Shown here piece by piece: positions 8,653 through 16,880 of a stretch of 17,935 bases of DNA. The stretch spans positions 1-17,935 of the forward strand of contig JBHLNS010000059.1 in assembly GCA_048941285.1 (NCBI GenBank), in the 5' to 3' direction. The number at the start of each line of letters is the position of its first letter. Within the stretch, counting starts at the first letter, position 1. Source of the stretch: Promethearchaeota archaeon (GTDB lineage: Archaea > Asgardarchaeota > Lokiarchaeia > Sigyniarchaeales > SOKP01). The translations under genes were made by a program, and so were the position numbers. A model generated the notes under the pieces. That model saw nothing but the letters and a program-made list of their open reading frames with translations, was not told the origin of the DNA and ran no database searches.

Positions 8653-9723
8653 ATGAGAAAAATGGTAAAGATATTTTATTTTAGCTCATTGAATGAAAGA
8701 GCCGGAAAGAGTTTTCTATCAATAGGTTTTATTCAAAAGTTAAAAAAAGAAGGCAAAAAATTTGCTTATTTTAAACCTATAGGTGTTCCCAAAAGTGCAT
8801 TTACACATAAAGCAGATCCTGATGTTGGTTTTATCTTAAAAACAATTTATCAAACAGACCATCCTTATGATTTTATTTCACCTATTTCAATTCCAGATGC
8901 ATATTATATTGATCTAATTGATGCCACTAAAAAAGAAGAATCATTACAAAAAATTAAAGATGCTTATGAACAAATCACTAAAGATATGGATTATATTGTT
9001 ATTGAAGGTAATCCAAGTATTAGAAAATTTATTAGGATAGGATTAGACGATGTGAGTATTGCCCAAACCCTAGGAATTAATGAATTAATATATGTTTCGA
9101 CAGAATCCTCTGATCGAGCAATTGATAATATATTTTTCACAAAAAATTATTTTGAATACCGTAAAGTCTCGATCAAAGCTATTTTATTTAATAAAATCGA
9201 TTTTGAGTATATTGCCCGAATTAAAGAACTTACAGAAGACCATATAAACAGATATGATATTCCTGTTTTAGGAATAGTAGAAAAAAGTTTAGAATTATTT
9301 TCACCTCGAGTAAGTGAAATTCAAGAACAAATAGGTGGAGAATTAATAAATGAGCAAGCATCATCAGGGTTAAATAATTTAGTCGAAACATTTCTTATTG
9401 GTGCTATGAATGCACAAGCAGCTTTAAAATATTTACGACAAGTGAAGAGAGCCGCATTCATTACAGGAGGAGATAGAACCGATATGGCTATGGCTGCTTT
9501 AGATCAAGATGTATCTACACTGATTTTAACAGGTTTTATTCAACCTGATATGAGTGTCATCACTTTAGCAAATAAAAAAGGGATACCAATAATAATAAGT
9601 CCTTCTGATACTTATACTACCATGAGAAATCTAGAACGATTAAAACCAGGCATTCAAGAAGATGAAATGGAAAAAGTTCTTGAACTGATTGAAAAAGAAA
9701 TTGATTGGAATTTGATATTATAA
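8653..9723 (+). CDS. Phosphotransacetylase N-terminal-like protein (BioD-like P-loop plus DRTGG domain) without the Pta catalytic domain
   Basis: RAGKS P-loop, YFKPIG, IVIEG, ILFNK, FLIGAM, ITGGDRTD, LILTG; 356 aa; 9 nt downstream of acd. Confidence 0.88.
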   Translation: MRKMVKIFYFSSLNERAGKSFLSIGFIQKLKKEGKKFAYFKPIGVPKSAFTHKADPDVGFILKTIYQTDHPYDFISPISIPDAYYIDLIDATKKEESLQKIKDAYEQITKDMDYIVIEGNPSIRKFIRIGLDDVSIAQTLGINELIYVSTESSDRAIDNIFFTKNYFEYRKVSIKAILFNKIDFEYIARIKELTEDHINRYDIPVLGIVEKSLELFSPRVSEIQEQIGGELINEQASSGLNNLVETFLIGAMNAQAALKYLRQVKRAAFITGGDRTDMAMAALDQDVSTLILTGFIQPDMSVITLANKKGIPIIISPSDTYTTMRNLERLKPGIQEDEMEKVLELIEKEIDWNLIL

Positions 9724-9738
9724 ATCTGATTATTTAAA

Positions 9739-9785
9739 TTTTTTTTTTGATGTTATACTTAATTTAAAGTGGAAATAAAAAAAAA
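9739..9785. terminator. Paired oligo-T terminator candidates between convergent units
   Basis: T10 at 9739-9748 follows the plus-strand acd operon; A9 at 9777-9785 (T9 on minus) follows the minus-strand membrane gene. Confidence 0.5.
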
Positions 9786-9820
9786 TTGAATTTGAAATTA
9801 CATAATATTCAAATAAAGAA

Positions 9821-10090
9821 TTATGGAAATAAACCAGCAAAGAATGCTAATAAGCCAAATAGTGCTAGAATCGGCCAGATAAACCATATAATCAAAGTAA
9901 TAATTCCTAGTATTAATCCGGCAATTCCTAATCCCTTTGAATCGTCCTTAGCAATTCCAATTCCACCAAAAACGATTGCGAGAATCCCAATTAATAAAGC
10001 CCCGAAATAAAAGAAAAAAGTTATAAACCAAACACCTATAATGCCAATAAGGCCAAAAATCAAGCCAAGTAAACCAAATATTTTTCCCAT
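9821..10090 (-). CDS. Small Gly-rich membrane protein with 3-4 TM helices (DUF4190-like)
   Basis: Almost entirely hydrophobic; GILAIVFGGIG and GIAGLILGII patterns resemble DUF4190; GGTG SD upstream. Confidence 0.8.
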   Translation of the reverse strand: MGKIFGLLGLIFGLIGIIGVWFITFFFYFGALLIGILAIVFGGIGIAKDDSKGLGIAGLILGIITLIIWFIWPILALFGLLAFFAGLFP

Positions 10091-10122
10091 CTTTTACACC
10101 ATATAGTTTTTTTGTAGATCCC

Positions 10123-10168
10123 ACACTTTAAAAGTGTATAATACTAATGGGAGAATCATATATTTAAG
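10123..10168 (-). promoter_or_regulatory. TATA-like box (CTTAAATA) plus palindromic operator candidate ACACTTT-A-AAAGTGT
   Basis: TATA-like octamer at 10161-10168 on the minus strand with an A-rich BRE-like stretch upstream; perfect 7-1-7 inverted repeat at 10123-10137, about 25 nt downstream. Confidence 0.45.
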
Positions 10169-10371
10169 TCTATTTTTTTTTCTATTGTTTTATCTTTTTA
10201 ACCAAAATATTTTTTCCGACAAAATTATTAAAGTCTATATAGAATTTGATAATTTTAAGGCAATTGTAATTTTAAAATATAATTAAAATCAGAAAATTAT
10301 TTATGATTAAAACATGATTTTTAGTATATACATAATTCAGCAACTATAAATTAAATTTAGAAAGATAGATT

Positions 10372-11562
10372 ATGCTTACTCAAAGAGTTAAGGAAATTTC
10401 TTATGCAATTCGTGAAATAGCGGCAGTTGCCAATCAAGTTGCTAAGAGTGGAAGAAAGATATATCATTTAAATATAGGAGATCCAGTCATTTTTGATTTT
10501 AATACTCCTGAATATATTTCAAAAGCTCTAGCTGATGCTTCTTTTCGGGGCAAAAATTTTTATGTTGATTCATTAGGTGCTCCAGAATTGAGAGAAGAAA
10601 TAAAAAGGGATTTGTTGGAAAAATATAATATAAAGACTACTATTGATGATATTCTAATTACGGCAGGAGTTACAGAAGCAATATTTTTTCTAATCGCTGC
10701 ACTTATAGAAAAAAAAAATGAATTACTTATACCTGGTCCTAGTTACCCTCTTTACATAAATTATACAAAATTTTTTGAAGGTGTTCCAATCGAATATGAA
10801 TTAGATGAAAAAGATGATTGGGAGCCTAATATTGAAGATTTAAGAAATAAGATAAATGAAAAGACAAAAGCAATTTTAATTTGTTCCCCAAATAATCCTA
10901 CTGGAGTAATGTATAGTGAAAAAAAAATTAAAGAAATTATTAATTTAGCAGGAGAATATAATCTACCTATTTTTTCTGATGAAATTTATGATCAAATTGT
11001 TTATGATAAACCTTTTAATTCACCAGCAAAACTTTCAACAGATGTTCCAGTCATTGGGTTAAACGGTTTTTCTAAATCTCATCTTGCTACTGGCTGGCGT
11101 TTAGGATATTTATATTATTATGATCCAGAAAATAGATTAGATGAATTAAGGAATGGAATAGCTAAATTAGCTAGAGCTAGGCTTTCTGCAAGCTCAGTTG
11201 CTCAATATGCCGCAATAGAAATCTTGAAAAATCCAGGAACACATACCAAAGAAATGGTGAATAAGCTAAAAGAACGGAGAGATTATTCTTATACTAGATT
11301 GAGGAAGATTGAAGGTATGACTTGTGTTAAACCTAATGGAGCTTTTTATCTATTTCCAAAGTTAGATTTAAATGAGTTGAAAAAGTGGAAAGATGATAAA
11401 GAGTTTACTATTGATCTTCTTAAAACTACTGGAATATGCGGTGTTTATGGGTCTGGCTTTGGCAACTATGGAAATGGACATATTAGGTTTACGTTTTTAC
11501 CTAATAAGGATATCTTGGAAACAGTATTTAATCTGTTGGAAAATTTTTTAACTAAGAATTAA
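10372..11562 (+). CDS. PLP-dependent class I/II aminotransferase (alanine aminotransferase-like)
   Basis: ISYAIRE, LNIGDP, PGPSYPLY, SPNNPTG, SDEIYD, NGFSK (PLP Lys), GWRLG, GAFY, HIRF. Confidence 0.92.
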   Translation: MLTQRVKEISYAIREIAAVANQVAKSGRKIYHLNIGDPVIFDFNTPEYISKALADASFRGKNFYVDSLGAPELREEIKRDLLEKYNIKTTIDDILITAGVTEAIFFLIAALIEKKNELLIPGPSYPLYINYTKFFEGVPIEYELDEKDDWEPNIEDLRNKINEKTKAILICSPNNPTGVMYSEKKIKEIINLAGEYNLPIFSDEIYDQIVYDKPFNSPAKLSTDVPVIGLNGFSKSHLATGWRLGYLYYYDPENRLDELRNGIAKLARARLSASSVAQYAAIEILKNPGTHTKEMVNKLKERRDYSYTRLRKIEGMTCVKPNGAFYLFPKLDLNELKKWKDDKEFTIDLLKTTGICGVYGSGFGNYGNGHIRFTFLPNKDILETVFNLLENFLTKN

Positions 11563-11596
11563 TATATCATCTACATTGTTAAAAGAATTTTGAAAA

Positions 11597-11884
11597 TTGA
11601 TAATTATGGCTAAGACAAAACAAGAAAAAAATGAAAGAAGAGCTATTTATTTTGATGTATTTTGTGGTATGACATCATCCAGTATAGCATTAACCGGAAT
11701 TGCTTATGCTATTATTAATCAACGAGTCGCTAGTATAGGGTGGTTTACAATTCATATGACATTCTGGATTGGTTGGTTATTGTTTTCATTATTCATATTA
11801 AGTTTAGGCATTTTTACTTGGTATAAAGAAAAACATTATGATGATTATGAACAAAAAAAAAATTTAAAAGCACCAATAGTTTGA
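11597..11884 (+). CDS. Small membrane protein with 2 TM helices (likely start ATG 11606)
   Basis: Two hydrophobic segments flanked by charged termini; follows the aminotransferase co-directionally. Confidence 0.7.
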   Translation: MIIMAKTKQEKNERRAIYFDVFCGMTSSSIALTGIAYAIINQRVASIGWFTIHMTFWIGWLLFSLFILSLGIFTWYKEKHYDDYEQKKNLKAPIV

Positions 11885-11889
11885 AACAC

Positions 11890-12384
11890 TTATTTATCCG
11901 GTGCTTTTTTTCCTAACCATTTTTCATAGAATGTATCAATATCAGGTAGAAAATTAAAGATTGTTGGATATCCTGGAGGTACTGCTTCAACATCTAATAA
12001 AGTAAAACAACTTGGACAAATATATTCTCGAAGCTCCTCCCAATTAGGATCACATCCCATATCTTTAGGATAAAGTTCTTCAATATCTTTAGCTGTATCT
12101 CTAACTCTCACCCGACATTTAGTTTTCCAATTTTCGCGATAATCTCCAAATTCAAATCCGCAGTCACATTTTACTATTCTCTGTCCTTCTTTTGAAACAA
12201 TATAAAGATGTTCATGTAGAGGTAATATTATTTTTTCATTCCATGGTACCCGTCCTTGTAAAATTTCTATAATCTGATCAAATCTTTTTGCATCCTTTCT
12301 CCCACTAATAATTGGTTTTAATTCTTCCCAAGATAATTTTCCATCAATCATTCTTTCCAAAGTTTTTATATCGTATGATACCAT
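11890..12384 (-). CDS. acxC: Acetone carboxylase gamma subunit
   Basis: LIDG-like MIDGKLSW, KDAKRF, LHEHLYIV, Zn ligands KCDCG and CPSC, ENWK, PDIDTFYEKWLG; 164 aa; third gene of the operon. Confidence 0.93.
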   Translation of the reverse strand: MVSYDIKTLERMIDGKLSWEELKPIISGRKDAKRFDQIIEILQGRVPWNEKIILPLHEHLYIVSKEGQRIVKCDCGFEFGDYRENWKTKCRVRVRDTAKDIEELYPKDMGCDPNWEELREYICPSCFTLLDVEAVPPGYPTIFNFLPDIDTFYEKWLGKKAPDK

Positions 12385-14598
12385 TTATTTCACCTCCATA
12401 TCAAAACTTTCAGGTAATTTCCAGAACATTTTAAATTCTTTTGCCCAATTTTTTGATAATTTAAGACTTTCTGAATACATTAATCTTACAGGATCACTTA
12501 ATCTGTTTTCAATTATTTTCTGTTTTTCATTTTCCCAATATTCCTCAAACATTACTGATTTTTCTCTCCTTTGCTTTTTTAATTCTTCTTTTTGAATCTG
12601 TGTAGCTTTTTCATCTATCTCCCACTCTTTTTTATCATCATTGTATTTAGCAACTATCCCATAAACATTTTTAACAATACCTTCAGTATAAAAACCATCA
12701 TCAAGATCTTGTTTTATTTGTTCAATTTCCCGTTCGAGTGGATCACCGTATCCAGGGCCTCCACACAAGAAATAATAGAAAAGATCATAATTATCAAATG
12801 TAATTGGATAAATACTACAATAAGGCTTTCTTGTTATATTTCCTTTTAAAAGACGTTCAAATTCACCATTACTTGGATCCGGATCACCAAGAGGATATTC
12901 ACTCCGATTTTTAATTATTTCCTGCATATTTGTATTTTTTGCATATAACCGATATCCCGTTGCGTTGGGATAACCGCCATGCATTCCTCCTGCTCCATGG
13001 AATACCAATCCTTCTCTGGCTCCAAAGAAATCTACATCTTTTGAATTAGCTACCATACCTACACCTTCGTAATTTGCTCCTCCTCTATATTTTCCATGTC
13101 CAGACAAATTAGGTTTAACTCTTCGTGATAGATAAGGTACGCCCCCTTGAAATAATTCCCACGTTTCTACATCTCCTAGATCTGATTCAGGATTCCACAT
13201 TGCATATCCCCAATTTAGACCATCTCGGACAGCACTTGCTCCAAAACCTTGACCACTTATTTCAAAAGTTGATAATGACCATCTTTGTCCCATGAGTGGC
13301 CCATCTGAATAAATTCCACCACCTTGGATAGCATCTCCGGTAAAAGGGTATCCTGAAACAACTTCTTCTCTAAAACCTCGAGAAAATAACCCATAAGAAA
13401 TACACTTCATCATCCCAGTGTATGCAGGAATCAAATTACCCCAAGGAGCTTGGTAAGAGAGATAAATATCACCTGGATTACACCATGAACCTTTAGGATA
13501 TTCTTTCTCTACAGCGAAATATGCACCATCATTTACTTTATCTGCATAGATTAAAATTTGAGTCAATAGAACCCATTGACCTCCTTCCATCGCTCCTTTG
13601 TCAGCATTCATGGGATTATGTCCAGGACCACTCGCACCATCAAATGAGATCGACATTTTCCCAGTTTCATTAATAATAATCTCTATCGGCAAGTTAGTTA
13701 TTTTATCAATTTTTGCTCTTGGTTGCCAAGCTTCAGACTTTTGTGGCATATCAAAAAAACCTGCTGCCCTATACTTACCAGGTATTAATCGCTCTTTTAC
13801 TCTTTCTTGAAAAATAATCCTTCCTTCTTCAATCGCTTCTCGAATAAAGCGTTTGTAGTAATTAATTCCTTCTCTTTTAATAAATTCCAAAACAGCATCT
13901 CTGATCATCAAATTTCCTGCTAATCTACATTTCTCATCTAATTCCCAATACATAGGAGTTCTTACAGATCTTTTGGCACCAATCATATGATCTTTCGAAA
14001 TTTTATCATTGGATCCAATTTTTCTGCATGTATAATAGATTCCGTCATCGAAACGTTGTATAGCGGGGACTAGATCATGACCTGGAGTAATGCCTCCCGT
14101 ATCAATTTGATGAGTGACTCCGCCCGCCCAACCGACTAGCTCATCTTCCCAAAATATCGGAATTAATGTTTGAACATCTGTAGTGTGAACATTTCCACAA
14201 GCGGGATCATTATTAAGGAAAATATCTCCTGGGTTGATTCCTGGATCATCTTCATATTCTTCTCTAATCATAAACTTTATAGCTTCGCTCATAGTATGAA
14301 CATGGACTAGTATTCCAGTTGATACAACAATTGAGTCACCCTCAGGAGTATAAAACGCGAAACATAATTCTCCAATTTCTTTAACAATTGGTGACGCAGC
14401 TACATGTAATGCAGTTTCTCTAGCAGAAACAAGTGCACCTCTCAATGAAGCATAATTACGTTCAAATCGAAAAGGATCCTCTTCTTTTAAAGATAATTTA
14501 TCAAGAGCATAATATCGACCGGATTCTACAAATAATTTTTCACTTTCTTGAAGCATTTTTTTTAATGTCTTTCCATTCCACCCTAATGCCTTTTCCAT
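12385..14598 (-). CDS. acxB: Acetone carboxylase alpha subunit (hydantoinase B/oxoprolinase family)
   Basis: LGWNGKTLK N-terminus, AASPIV..GELCF, STGILVHVHTM, GNVHTTD, GGVTHQIDTG, WNPESDLGD, GKYRGG, GGPGYGDPLER; 737 aa. Confidence 0.92.
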   Translation of the reverse strand: MEKALGWNGKTLKKMLQESEKLFVESGRYYALDKLSLKEEDPFRFERNYASLRGALVSARETALHVAASPIVKEIGELCFAFYTPEGDSIVVSTGILVHVHTMSEAIKFMIREEYEDDPGINPGDIFLNNDPACGNVHTTDVQTLIPIFWEDELVGWAGGVTHQIDTGGITPGHDLVPAIQRFDDGIYYTCRKIGSNDKISKDHMIGAKRSVRTPMYWELDEKCRLAGNLMIRDAVLEFIKREGINYYKRFIREAIEEGRIIFQERVKERLIPGKYRAAGFFDMPQKSEAWQPRAKIDKITNLPIEIIINETGKMSISFDGASGPGHNPMNADKGAMEGGQWVLLTQILIYADKVNDGAYFAVEKEYPKGSWCNPGDIYLSYQAPWGNLIPAYTGMMKCISYGLFSRGFREEVVSGYPFTGDAIQGGGIYSDGPLMGQRWSLSTFEISGQGFGASAVRDGLNWGYAMWNPESDLGDVETWELFQGGVPYLSRRVKPNLSGHGKYRGGANYEGVGMVANSKDVDFFGAREGLVFHGAGGMHGGYPNATGYRLYAKNTNMQEIIKNRSEYPLGDPDPSNGEFERLLKGNITRKPYCSIYPITFDNYDLFYYFLCGGPGYGDPLEREIEQIKQDLDDGFYTEGIVKNVYGIVAKYNDDKKEWEIDEKATQIQKEELKKQRREKSVMFEEYWENEKQKIIENRLSDPVRLMYSESLKLSKNWAKEFKMFWKLPESFDMEVK

Positions 14599-16769
14599 TA
14601 TGATTTCACCTCCATATGGAATATTCTATGTTCATCGATTTTAACTTTATAACCTGGAGGAACAACAAGAGTTGTAGCTGGTGCTTCAACAATAGCAGGG
14701 CCTATTATCACATTTCCAGAATTAATTAATGCCATCTCCCATAATGAAGCCTCATGCCATTTACTATCCCAATAAATATCTCTCGATCCTTTTGAAGCAT
14801 TGTCATTCGGCTTTTCTGTGAACGTACTACGTTGCGGTAATTTAGGTTTCGGTACAGGGACAATTCCCGTACCAATGCATTTAGTTATATGGTAACCCAA
14901 TTCTGGACTTTTAGTTCCTCTTTTAAAAATTTGTTCAAAAAGTTCATCATAACGATGCGTGATTTCTTTTAAGTCAGGTGAATCATATCTTTGTAGAGCA
15001 GCAGAATAATCAATAGTTAATTCTTCTACTTGAGATTGTACTTCTAAATCATCTAACATTCCGAAATATTGTAGACGTAGAGAAGGCTTAAAAATCATTT
15101 CACTTGGATCCCTTCCTTCATCCTCAAACTCCTTAATAATATTGTTCTTCAATTCCTTCCAAGTTGAACTTAGAATAGAAGCAACAAATCCAATCATACT
15201 CCCGTCTGGAGGAATAACTAGATCAACTGATTTTTCATGTCTATATGAATGATCAGCACAAGCGCAACCAAAAGCCGAGAATGCAGGAGCCCATTCTGGT
15301 ACCAATATATTCTGAAAGTTCAAGCCTTTTGAATAACCAGCTACATGTAAAGGTCCTCCACCTCCAAATGAGATTAAGGTATAATTTTCCGGTCTAAAGC
15401 CTAATCCTTGGATCATACCATTGAGATGGTTTTTCATATTAATTTCAATTAGATCTAAAGCACCTCGAGCCGTATCATGAGGATCTGCTTTGAATGGCTC
15501 TGCTAATTGTTGTTCAATGTATTTCAAGGCTCGACCTTTATTTAATAAAACCTTACCACCAAGAAAATATTCTGGATTCAGGTAGCCTAAAATTAAACTA
15601 CAATCAGTCATTGTAACTGTTTCTACACCAGATTGTTCATTACAGACACCTATTTTATAACCTGCGCTTTCTGGTCCGAACTCTAATCGCCCTGAAACAT
15701 CGTTATACCTCACATACATACCTGTACCTGCTCCTATTGAATCTAATGCGATCATGGGAATATTTAAAATAAATCTTCCGAGTGAACTTTCCCACTTAGT
15801 AGGAACATATCGTTCCATGACTAATCCGACGTCAAAACTTGTTCCTCCAACGTCACTAGAAACAAGATTCTTTATTCCATATTTCTCAGCGATAAATCGA
15901 GTACCAATCATACCTCCTATTGGCCCTGAGACCATAGTCGGTATTAATGTTTTATGATATGGAGACATTGTACCACCATATGTTGTCAATATTCTTAAAG
16001 GGGCAGAAATCCCTTTCTCTTTCATTGTTTCAGCTATTCTTATCAATTGCTTTCTTGAAGGTTCAGCTGCGTATTGTTCGATAATTATGGCGTTTAATCT
16101 TGGTGTTTCACCTCTCACAGGATTATGTTCGCAAGATAAAATTATAGGGATCTTTTTCCCTTTTTCTTCCATTACCTTTTCAGCAATTGCTTTTACTTGT
16201 AATTCATGACTTGTATTCATATAGGAACATAATAAACATACACAAATACTATCTACATTCATTTCAAGCAAGTCTTCAACAACTCTTTTAGCATCCTCCT
16301 TATAAAGTGGTATTAGCTCATCACCCCAGAAGTTAATTCTTCCACGGACACCCTTAATTTGTTTTCTTGGTATTAAGGGTTGAGGATGTTCATGTTCTCT
16401 TGCGTGTAAACGCCCACCATAATCGAGATAAATCCAACATTGCAATGCACGGCCAAGCCGATGTAAATCTTCAAATCCAGAATTAACAATTACCCCTATA
16501 TTACTATTACCTTGTCTTTCCAGAAGCCTATTGACCATAGCGGTACCAGAATATACTAATGCCTCAATTGAATGACCAGAAGCTTCTAATGAAGTATTCC
16601 ATTGTTCTAATGCGTCTCTAATTGAATTTAAAATACCTTCAGATTCATTTTCTGGAGTTGTTTGTGCTTTTCCTATAACAAAAACACCTTCTTCATCAAT
16701 TATGAAAGTATCTGACATTGTACCCCCAGTATCAAAAGCCATAGCTACTAATTTTTTAGATTTTGACAT
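14598..16769 (-). CDS. acxA: Acetone carboxylase beta subunit (hydantoinase A/oxoprolinase family, ATP-binding)
   Basis: DTGGTMSDTF, GKAQTTP, YSGTAMVNR, SGPIGG, SDVGGTSFD, DSIGAGTG, GPESAG, FGGGGPLH, FSAFG, GPAIVE; 723 aa. Confidence 0.93.
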   Translation of the reverse strand: MSKSKKLVAMAFDTGGTMSDTFIIDEEGVFVIGKAQTTPENESEGILNSIRDALEQWNTSLEASGHSIEALVYSGTAMVNRLLERQGNSNIGVIVNSGFEDLHRLGRALQCWIYLDYGGRLHAREHEHPQPLIPRKQIKGVRGRINFWGDELIPLYKEDAKRVVEDLLEMNVDSICVCLLCSYMNTSHELQVKAIAEKVMEEKGKKIPIILSCEHNPVRGETPRLNAIIIEQYAAEPSRKQLIRIAETMKEKGISAPLRILTTYGGTMSPYHKTLIPTMVSGPIGGMIGTRFIAEKYGIKNLVSSDVGGTSFDVGLVMERYVPTKWESSLGRFILNIPMIALDSIGAGTGMYVRYNDVSGRLEFGPESAGYKIGVCNEQSGVETVTMTDCSLILGYLNPEYFLGGKVLLNKGRALKYIEQQLAEPFKADPHDTARGALDLIEINMKNHLNGMIQGLGFRPENYTLISFGGGGPLHVAGYSKGLNFQNILVPEWAPAFSAFGCACADHSYRHEKSVDLVIPPDGSMIGFVASILSSTWKELKNNIIKEFEDEGRDPSEMIFKPSLRLQYFGMLDDLEVQSQVEELTIDYSAALQRYDSPDLKEITHRYDELFEQIFKRGTKSPELGYHITKCIGTGIVPVPKPKLPQRSTFTEKPNDNASKGSRDIYWDSKWHEASLWEMALINSGNVIIGPAIVEAPATTLVVPPGYKVKIDEHRIFHMEVKS

Positions 16770-16772
16770 AAA

Positions 16773-16781
16773 ATTTCACCT
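16773..16781 (-). promoter_or_regulatory. Shine-Dalgarno site (AGGTGA) of acxA
   Basis: TAGGTGAAATTTTATG on the minus strand; complementary to the archaeal 16S 3' end (AUCACCUCC). Confidence 0.75.
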
Positions 16782-16824
16782 ATTTTTTTGAATAATATAT
16801 AACAAATTTAATTCTCTTTCGAAT

Positions 16825-16856
16825 TATTTAAGTTTTATATTTTTATAAATATAAAA
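16825..16856. promoter_or_regulatory. Back-to-back TATA boxes of the divergent acx and aminopeptidase promoters
   Basis: CTTAAATA (minus, 16825-16832) lies 56 nt before the acxA ATG; TTTATAAA (plus, 16842-16849) lies about 31 nt before ATG 16881; a 10-4-10 inverted repeat spans 16833-16856. Confidence 0.5.
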
Positions 16857-16880
16857 ATGAGATGAATGATTTTATAGAAC

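Noticed and set aside
9786-10010. 74-aa plus-strand ORF rich in N/K/P/I
   Set aside because: Composition is that expected from the reverse complement of a Gly/Leu/Phe-rich membrane gene.
11882-11930. Possible selenocysteine read-through of the TGA ending ORF 11597..11884
   Set aside because: The extension runs antisense into acxC and stops soon after; no redox motif or recognisable SECIS.
12592-12849. 85-aa plus-strand ORF
   Set aside because: Entirely antisense within acxB.
13598-13810. 70-aa plus-strand ORF
   Set aside because: Entirely antisense within acxB.
15754-15957. 67-aa plus-strand ORF
   Set aside because: Entirely antisense within acxA.
11890-16769. Recent horizontal transfer of acx suggested by higher GC
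   Set aside because: Spot-checked lines have GC similar to acd, and there are no flanking repeats, integrase or tRNA. An ancient transfer is not excluded.
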